Shown here: positions 47,502 through 56,002 of the stretch, in pieces | Numbering within the stretch: position 1 is the stretch's first letter | Layout of the letters: each line of letters starts with the position of its first letter | DNA from: Paraphysomonas bandaiensis | Taxonomy: Eukaryota; Protista; Chrysophyceae | Assembly (NCBI GenBank): GCA_965644295.1 | Contig: CBFFRP010000260.1 | Coordinates: 1-56,002 of the forward strand | Length of the DNA stretch: 56,002 nucleotides | Reading direction: 5' to 3' | Notes under the pieces: generated by a model | Database searches by the model: none | Told to the model about the DNA's origin: nothing | What the model saw: only the letters and a program-made list of their open reading frames with translations | Position numbers and translations under genes: made by a program

Positions 47502-48843
47502 TTAAGAGTAGTGGGTTTGATTATCAAGTGACCTTAGACCTTATAAAATATGGTAAGTACTAAAAATGAAAACTACGGATGTGTTTACTTACTGATTGGT
47601 CATACTAATATATTGCAATATATTGTACAATATATTGCAATAGTATTGTAGGGCCGGTTTAAAAAATCCATCAATACTATTGATGGAACGCTACCTAACA
47701 ATAGTATTGCAATATATTGTTCCCTATCCCTGGTTTGTGAGTTCGCCCTGCTCGTGTGTCTGAGGACTCACTGGCGCGTGTTGTCCGGGGGTCTCCCCTT
47801 GGGATAAGGTTCCGCCTGGCTCTGAGGTACAGGGTTCTGTATTAAGGTCCTGAGTGTACCGAGCACTAGATGTGTGTACTGAGCGGTTGATGGTGTGGTG
47901 GAATGTGGCGGTGTCGACATGCACCGTCTGGGCGTTGGGCATAGGTGGAGTTGCCGGAGACGTCGTCGCCGTTGTCTAGGGCCTGTTGGTTTCATACGGT
48001 CCGGTGCTATGGTCCTTTGTGTATGGTTGGTAGGGTTCATATGTGCGGTGGGCGGTGTTCCAGTCTAGGTTCGTCTGTGGATTCCTATAGTAATCTTAGC
48101 ACCCTTGGGCGTTTCCGTTTCTGTCTGCGTTTTGGACGCGGCCGCGGTAGTAGCCTTTGGGGACCTTTCTGTAGGGTGACGCATCTTCTACTTCGATCTT
48201 GGATCATTAGCTTTGCTGCAGCGAAAAGCGGTAGAAGTAATTTGATGATCGCTGATTCGATGCTGCGCAGTCCTTGGGATGTCAGTGACTCATGGATGTG
48301 ATCTCCAAAAACCATTTCAAGCTGTGTAGTTGTGATGGTACCCGTCCAGAATCTCTCCACCTGTGGCAAGGAAGGGTTCCAGGCCCTGCTGGAGAGTCGC
48401 TGGAGTACAGTGGTGGTCCATTGGGGTAGTTCCGGATTTCTCATTTCTTCTAGAAGCGCGTTTTTGTGGCTGTGAAATGCAGACTCCCTTATCTGCGTTA
48501 TGGTGTCATTTGTACAGTCTAGACACATATGCTTGAGTGAGTCTAGTCTAAATCCGCAGTCAGAACATGCGGCTTTAGCCATGTCGAGTCCGTGTTTGAA
48601 TTTTCGCCTGGTTTCTTCCTATGCTGAAGGATTTGTCCCATGTCAGTGCTGCATTGAGTACTCGCTGGCGCAGGTGGGAACTCACTTTGTCCTTTGATGG
48701 TCCACCATCTGCTTGCGCTAGTTTGCGCGGAAGTAGTGCTCCGCTGTCTTTCCAGTATTCAGGAGCCCGGTCAGGATTGTGACCGTAGCGTTGGTCTCGG
48801 AGAGCTGTGTAGGCCTCCAGCGCCCGTTGCAAACGCTCTCCGA

Positions 48844-50709
48844 TGCAGCAACTCCAGCTCGTCCTCACCAGTCCTATCGCTAAGATTTACTTCACAATTA
48901 CTCGGTGTAGACACATCTGGAAGCTCCAACAGCTGCTGAGTTGGAACTGCAGTCATTCCATTCTTCATGGGTCCCTCCAGTACCAGTTCACCAGTATTAC
49001 AGTCATAAATTTGGATCCCATACCACACCGTGAATCGATAGCCCATTTCGTTCAGCTTACGTCCGGAGCACAGGCATCGATTGATCGGATCTGAAATTTC
49101 TATGTCTCTCCATGCTCCACGGGAACCCACACTTGTGATATGAATCTCTGATCCCTTCTTAGAGCCGTTTATCACCTTTGATGTATTCACATGAGTGTCA
49201 AGCATGGTCACATCATTCATCAAGAACATTGATGATGAACAGCAGGTGTCAATATATGTATAATGCATGTCATCATTTACACTACATATATTCGTTTCAT
49301 GTATATTGCATGACAATTTCATAACATCCTCGATCATATTTGCTTCATCTTCATCAGAGAAATCTGCTGGTTCTCCACGCCGTATATTCTCTACTGTCAG
49401 CAGCCTTTTGTCCGGCTTCCTACCATGATTCTTCCCTTTCTCTCCTCTTCTAGAATGCTTTTTCTTCGTCGTTGGACAATCAGCAGCAAGATGTTCCAGA
49501 GACTTGCAATTTCTGCATCCCGTATACTCAGCACTTCCAGGACGCTGCCCTGATATCTCTCCATCCTTCTTCCTCTGCTTCCTCCTGCACTGTTCAGTTG
49601 AATGACTATGAGGAATTCCTTCTTTCCTGCAATATCTACAATTGCCCTTCTTACGCTTATCCCGTTCTGTTCGAGACCGTTTGCTCTTTTCAATGAAATT
49701 CAGCTCCTCCACCTTCTTGCGTTTCCGCTCTAACGCAATCCTTCCAGGAATGGTATCATCATACCGTTCTATCTTCCTTGATAATGTTGCATAATCAACA
49801 TCATCAGGCATCAAATACAAAGCAACATTCAGAGGAGCATATTCTTCATTCAACAGACCTTCTCGTAACCGTGTTATTTTTGAGAGCTCCGATATGTCCT
49901 GCTGCTGCTCCTGTAGCTCTTTCAGCAGTATTTCAAACCGTATTATATAGTCCTTCGCAGTCTCCTCCGGACGCATACGGAAAGATCCATACTGAGTCAA
50001 CAGCTCACTGATCTTGTTTTGCTTCCCTCCAGCAAAGCACTTCTTCAACTCATCAATCATAATATGCGCCTTAAACCTGTTGCTTCCTCTTCCATCAGTC
50101 TTGAACCCTTTATGTAGAAGATGGAATTTCTGAAGCGCCTTCGAAGATGATTGCACTGCCTCTCTACAGTACGAATACGCTATGGCATTCGCCTTCCAGT
50201 ACTTCTTCACAGCCTGTCTGTAAGACTTCTCCTCCATTAACGTGAGTGGCTGTTCCCCGAAGTCGCTTTCCTTCGGTGGTGGCTCCACCGCTACCTCACT
50301 TTGCTCTTTCCTCATGAGGAATGTTTCGAAGTCCTCAATCCATTGTTCAACGTTATTCTCGTTGAACTGAGGAACTACTCCTCTATCCTCCTTCTCTCCT
50401 CCTCGCTCGCTACCATGTTGAGAAACGCTCATTTTACACTAGATCACAGAGAGAATTTGTCGTAAGACTAGATAGATTTATTAATATCGTTTACACGAAG
50501 TTGTGATAACCAACACTAACTCAATATAATCCCTGCATAATATCCTACATATGCGAACCTCTCGTTACTGAACATATCTTGAAAGATCAAACTATTTCAG
50601 TTTTTCAATATCATCACAGCATTTGTACATCACTATATTTCACTGTATTCTCGTACATTGTCTTCAAGTGACATACTGAATATACTAGAATAAGATCCAT
50701 ATTCTAATA
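48844..50709 (-). mobile_element. 5' half of a Copia element: LTR (50416-50709), PBS, gag-protease ORF truncated at the LINE junction
   Basis: ORF 48771-50432 with zinc knuckles, YIDTCCSS and ELLHRR. PBS TGGTAGCGAGCG immediately after the LTR end (50415 downward). LTR homologous to 17756-18051. Confidence 0.85.
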
Positions 50710-50880
50710 TAGTAAAAGTCCTACTCAGTTGTGGCTTATCATTACTGCACCAGAATTGCTTGACAATTCACCTTAACATATTGCATTCGTATTGTCTTGT
50801 GCGTTGATGCAGAGGCAATGTTGAGTGAGTCTGACCGCAATACGAAGCAAGCATGGTAGCATCTCTACCTAACTATGAAA

Positions 50881-50926
50881 CGTCGCAGATTTTTAACGCC
50901 TTTTGCTAATAATAAGACTTTCAATA
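50881..50926 (+). mobile_element. 46-bp LINE 3'-end micro-insertion with an 11-bp TSD
   Basis: TTTTTAACGCCTTTTGCTAATAATAAGACTTTCAATA is the reverse complement of the terminus at 45135/7448. Flanked by TAACTATGAAA at 50870-50880 and 50927-50937. Confidence 0.8.
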
Positions 50927-51676
50927 TAACTATGAAATTTCAATTGGTATAGCACAACTATGAGAAGTAGACTATCAATTTACAACAGTATTTGATACAA
51001 GAAATATAAGGGTGGGGAATTGGCGCAAATTGAATTTCCCGGAATATCAGATATATTTTAGCAGTACTCTTTATATTGGTCATCCAATTATAATAGTCTC
51101 AGTTGATATACCAGCAAAACTTTGTGTACACAAAATCACATGTAAAATCCAAGCAATCATACTGAGCCATATATACGATTCTGCATTGATGACACATGGT
51201 GTAATCAGGCTCGTCCAGTGAAATTAATTTCATTCAAATAGTTCCGTTCTTTCAAACCTCATGACTCGTGTTTCCTCGATGATATACCCAATCGCTTATC
51301 TGCAAGCCCATCAATCAGGTTCCATCAATCTGAGAGAATATGTTTGTCTAACTGGATAATAATAGTACCATGAGATGATTGGTTAATCTCTCCCTCTAAT
51401 CTCGCTCACACGAGTTGATAGAGATAACTCATGACATTAGTCATCGAATCATACATATCTGTGTCTTCCAAAATCAGACTCCTCTCGAAATACAGATACA
51501 AGCCCTCGGTATACGGTATACCAGTGTATTCGAGGTCTTCGTTCTGCTCCGATACGATATGAACATGCATATATGCATATACACACATATGTACAGCTCA
51601 GTGGAGTAGCTGATAATATATAGAGGAGAGTAGAAGAGCGGGGCAGAGCTGAGCTAGCACCGGACATATCGCGGTC

Positions 51677-53214
51677 ATGCTGTTACACGTATTTATACTT
51701 GCCGCCATGGCATCTTTGTGTGTTGCTGGTGCAAATGCACTCTACATAACACCTTAACACATACGATCCACACAACGCACGCCTGTCATGATAAAACCCA
51801 CCCAGCGGCCATATCGTCCAATTGTCTGGACCGCTATCTCAGAGCCAATGGATTTGACGGCTCCATTGATTTCCCTAACTCCTCTTCCTACAGCCAAGCC
51901 ATTGATATCGATAATAGGCGCGCGATCCAATATCCACTGCTTGTTGTTGCGCCGATGAGTGAGGCTGATATTTCTTTGTCGGTTTTGGCCGCCCAGGTGT
52001 GCAATACATCTTTCTCAGTACTTTCTGGCGGACACTCTGCCAACGGGTACTGTTTGGCTCGAGGCGGCTTGACTGTTGACCTTTCCCGATATATTAAATC
52101 GGTCTATATGGTATCACAGGGAGAAAGGGATGCTGAGTTCTACGTGGAGGCCGGAGCACTATGGGAGGATATATATAAGGCTGCCTATGAGAGCCGATAT
52201 GTTCCAATCGGCGGCGGATGTCCCACCGTCGGCGCTGGTGGATTTCTATTGGGTGGCGGCTGGAGTTTTTTGTCGCGATCTTATGGTCTTGCCTGTGACA
52301 ACATAGTTAGTATGCGAGTGGTGCTTTCGAATGGGTCTGTTGTCACAGCCAGCGCAGAGCAGAATCCAGAACTATTCTGGGGCTCTAAAGGGGGAGGTGG
52401 AGGGAATTTCGGTGTAGTGTCTTCATTCATTATCAAAGCACCTAAGCCTCGGTCCCAAGTTATGTGGATAGGGGAGCTGTGCTGGCCCCCTTTCGACCAG
52501 CCAACAGTGGAACAGCTGTGGGTTTGGTGGCTGGATTATTGGCCTCGTATGCCGACCTGGATGGACATCGTCCCAGTGTGGCTACTGATGGAGGGACAAA
52601 GTAACGAGGAGGAGCAGCGAATGTTCTGCTGTACTGTAGTATGCAACGGCGATCCCGAATCGGAGTGCCAACCTATAATTGACCCACTTGTGGCGCGATA
52701 TCCACCCGAAACGAACTCTGTCGCAGCCACAGGGTTCATTCCTTGGCAGCTCGCTAACGTGGATGTGACAGATGCCCAAGGCGGATATCTGTATCTAACA
52801 TCCGGGATTCTTTTGCCTGGAGCAATGACTTCTTCTCTTGCCGCTCGCCTGACTAGTGCGCTGCAGCATGCTCCCTCCAAGAGAAACCTCATCCTATTCC
52901 ACGTGGGTGGAGGACGTATTGCAGAGTTTCCACCGAATGCTACCGCCTTCCCACATCGAGATGTGCAGCTTCTCATCCAAATTAAGGGTATATGGGAGAA
53001 TCCGGACGAGGAAGCTGAGAATGTCGCCTGGGTAAAGCACGTGCGCTCCATCATAGAGCCGTATTTATCCGGGTCCTATTTAAACTACATCGATGGCCTT
53101 TTGGAAGACTGGCAGCAGGCGTATTATGGGGTCAACTACGACAGGCTAGTGACACTGAAGCGGGACATAGATCCATCAAACTTTTTTTCTTTTCAACAGT
53201 CCATTGACACTTGA
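51677..53214 (+). CDS. Secreted FAD-linked oxidase, berberine-bridge-enzyme-like (join 51677-51728, 51806-53214)
   Basis: SGGHS, GGCPTVGAGGFLLGGG, YGLACDN, ELFWG.KGGGGGNFGVV, C-terminal YLNY..YYG.NY.RL..LK..IDP.NFF. The signal peptide MLLHVFILAAMASLCVA is joined in frame by a 77-nt GT-AG intron. Confidence 0.9.
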
Positions 53215-54205
53215 TGATATATATGTATGCTGGTGCAAATTACAGTGTAGCAATACATACTTGTAGGCTTTGCATATACTTCAGTATAGAGTTGAAAATC
53301 TGGAACACTAGTCATATTTTCTTCTACTGTTTTATTTGCCTATAAGTTTAACTAGATCATGTCGTTTGTATACTGCAAGCGCTTAGTTATTGCCACTTTA
53401 CCATGCACGACGCACGACGAGTTGATTGCAAGCATTTGTCATGTACCTATTACTTCGTTCTTAAGCGGTTCATTAGATGAATGTCAATACTCTTTGGTAA
53501 ATAATTGAAACCATACACATATCTCTGGGAATACTTGTTTCTTCGACAATGAGAGACTAGAACATAAAACGTATTTGAGAGAAAAAACACGATACTATTA
53601 TACCTGTGTTACTGTCATAGCTATAAGGAGATGACAAAACTAATGAATGGTGAGTAATGACAATAAAACTCAGATAATAAATTTGCGGAAAATTGAAGAA
53701 GTGAACCCAGTAAAGATGCGAGAGTGTGAAAATATTCGTACAAAGGTACTAATCACAATCATGAATATGAACAATTGGTCATAGGTAAATGATAAATTAT
53801 CCAGTGATACTGTTGTACTACATATGTTTACCACTGAGTTCTAAAACTATAAGTTTGATGAGCTATGACTCAGTGGTGACAATCATTCATTCACTTAGAA
53901 ACCCTTTTCGACATGGTACAGAGAACTCAACAACAGTTTATAAATAGTATCACTACACGCAGCACATGATACCAACGAGTAGTTACAAGTAATAATACAA
54001 ATAAATCAAGCATTCCCCCTATATGCTGTAGGAGATATAAACATGAACCACACAGTGGGCATGTTACTACGACTGAATTATATAAACACATATATTTCTG
54101 TAAGCAAGCCAGCAACAATGCTAGATCGATCAAACATCTAGCCAATAGCAGACAGGCGTTTCATATTCGCATCGCATATTCTCAAAAAATTCATTGAAAT
54201 AAATG

Positions 54206-56002
54206 CTAGATAAATTCCATTGCATCAAGTACGGTTTTTTTCCAGATATTGGGCTTGTCAGTTTGTCCAACATAAATCACTGCGTCATCTTTAGAATTGG
54301 GGAATAGATACTTAATATCATTTGTAGAGGCTAAAATGTGCTGGCTGTACAACTTTCCAACACCATGAAGGTTCATGGAACGGTGATCATTGCGTGGTGC
54401 CCCAATATCCTCAGAGTACGCGCTGTCCTGCGAGGACAACGATGATGACCTTTGGATAACATTCGAAAGAGAGTCGAACGGGGCGCTCTCCGAACTGCGG
54501 CCACTTGTATATTGCAGTTGGTTAGTTTCCCACAAGTGGGTGGGAAGAGTACCCAGGGATCGGGGACGCAGGCTATGCCTGCTGAGAAGAGAGAAAGCAG
54601 AGGTGCAACCGAGACTCCGCGGTAAGGCATTGCGGAGAGAAATAGAGCAATCCAGCTTCTGTTGCTGAGAAGCACAGGTAGATTTCGTGGTGGTGGGGTG
54701 ATCAGAAGGGGTGGGCTTATTGCATACGACACGAGGGTGCTGTGGTAGAGACGATAACCGGGAAAGGATAGAAGGACGCTCAGTTGAAAACAAGGGTGCT
54801 TGGAAATCTTTCGTCTGACACTGATTATTTCCCTGTTCCATCCGTTGACGTTGACGCTTCCGTTTACTTGTTCTGGAGGTATATAGCCCACCAACTTCGA
54901 CGACCGTCTTCTGCTTAATGTCACGGGCCTGTAATAGTGTCTGTGCATTTAAATATAGTGGGAAGAGTTTGGAGTTAGCGACATTTGTATTACGTACCTC
55001 TGCTGCTGCACGAATATCATCGCTGCTAGGGGATGCCCTCATCGCGATCCGACTTGCGAAAGTATTTTTAGATTTTTTTAAAGTATGCAATACTTGGATA
55101 TAGACACCTATCTCGCAGCTCTTTCGTACTCTTGGCAGGAATCCGTCCACTTCCATCATTCGCACAATGCAAGCATGAACAGCTGGAACTACAGAGTACA
55201 CCCTCCTGACAACAGAAAAATGAGGTCACAAACCAGAGCGAGAGAACTAACGTTGAAGCACTCGCAATACTTCTTCAAGCACATAGACTTGCGACATCGA
55301 CAACCTGTCTTGTGAGATAGAGTAGAAACGGCTTCCTGAAATAATTTTATTAAATTAAATGTAACAATTCGACAATACCGTTTTCTTAAACTTGCAATCG
55401 AAGGCATTAGGATTCCTTTCCAAAATCACCTTCACTGCATTTTCACGAGCCTCCTCATTGCCCACAATATTCGCACAATCAATGCAATGGCAGCATGAAT
55501 TACAAACAATTTTAGCCGCAAAACATTGGCAGTACCTATTCAAGTAAAATATGTGAGATTAGAACGTGTAGTTTACAAAGTACGATCTTAGTCTCACAGT
55601 TTCAAGCATCTGGATTTTCTACAATTGCAGATCACTCTCTCCTCATCACTTTCGGCCTTAATGATCATCTCGTCCTATACAGGGCCACTTACACTGTACG
55701 ATATAAGATATAACAACATACACTGTCTGTTAAGAGGACCGTTGAATCTGATGTCTGATCACTGCAATCATCAGGCTGCTGACAGCTCATCGAGATGGAA
55801 GGAGTGGTGATCATGACTCACTACACCGCACAGCACCTACTCAAGTTGAAGGAAGTATTAAGTGACAGCAACAGTGATGGTGAGATATTTTCAAAAGGCT
55901 GTGTTGCGAATGATTCGCCTCTAATCCCTATATACACTGTACATGTGCTGGAAGGCACTGCTCACGCCATCATCATAATGTGAGACGACAAATTCCAAAT
56001 TT
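54206..56002 (-). CDS. Tesmin/TSO1/LIN54-like CXC (CRC) domain transcription factor, multi-exon; 5' end uncertain or outside the window
   Basis: Spliced CNCRKSRCLKL|YCQCFAA..C..CHC.DCAN, the linker ILERNPNAF, and a second GCRCRKSMCLKKYCECF|..CSSSCSCLHCAN; last exon is in ORF 54206-55201. Confidence 0.85.

Larger units (their letters stand above)
45329..47732 (+). mobile_element. hAT DNA transposon, internally deleted (2404 bp)
   Basis: 23-bp TIRs CAGGGATAGGGAACAATATATTG; perfect 8-bp TSD GTTTGTGA (45321-45328, 47733-47740); palindromic subterminal TATTGCAATA repeats. Confidence 0.95.
45135..48843 (-). mobile_element. 5'-truncated LINE (ORF2 C-terminal zinc knuckle + 3' UTR), interrupted by the hAT element
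   Basis: ORF 48085-48582 has CSDC..DSLKHMCLDC (CCHC). The sequence is continuous across the hAT insertion, and AATAAA lies near the minus-strand 3' end. Confidence 0.7.

Noticed and set aside
17756-50709. The two related LTRs as ends of one 33-kb element capturing the gene cluster
   Set aside because: The LTRs are substantially diverged and the flanks (GACAG vs TAGTA) give no TSD.

Overview
Eukaryotic nuclear DNA with short GT-AG introns; a protist/algal, probably stramenopile, origin is inferred. The region is transposon-rich and repeat-protein-rich. Mobile DNA: a frameshifted chromodomain-bearing Ty3/Gypsy 3' end (1-2299); several Ty1/Copia remnants; one young full-length Copia (23221-28513, identical LTRs, TTATT TSD, non-canonical TG..TA ends) plus a solo LTR of the same family; a MULE-like TIR element nested in its own relative; a hAT element with an 8-bp TSD inside a LINE; and four copies of that LINE's 3' end, two of them only 41-46 bp. 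Genes: two duplicated Crinkler/RHS-type NTPase-REase genes; an intronless virus-like ssDNA-binding protein gene; an F-box + 29-aa ankyrin-like repeat gene; a secreted BBE-like FAD oxidase; and a tesmin/CXC gene. The two most striking items sit head-to-head about 335 bp apart. (1) A spliced ~3014-aa receptor-like protein fusing three Kelch propellers, two LRR blocks and an NHL propeller to an NADPH-oxidase/ferric-reductase module. (2) A gene nearly invisible in the ORF track (38654-44467), built of an N-cap exon, 23 phase-0 99-bp exons each encoding exactly one ankyrin repeat that varies at binding-surface positions, and a C-cap exon. Its introns are near-identical and carry a TACA microsatellite and a conserved palindrome, giving a natural DARPin-like, shufflable exon library. 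All calls are from reading the sequence by eye; no searches were run.
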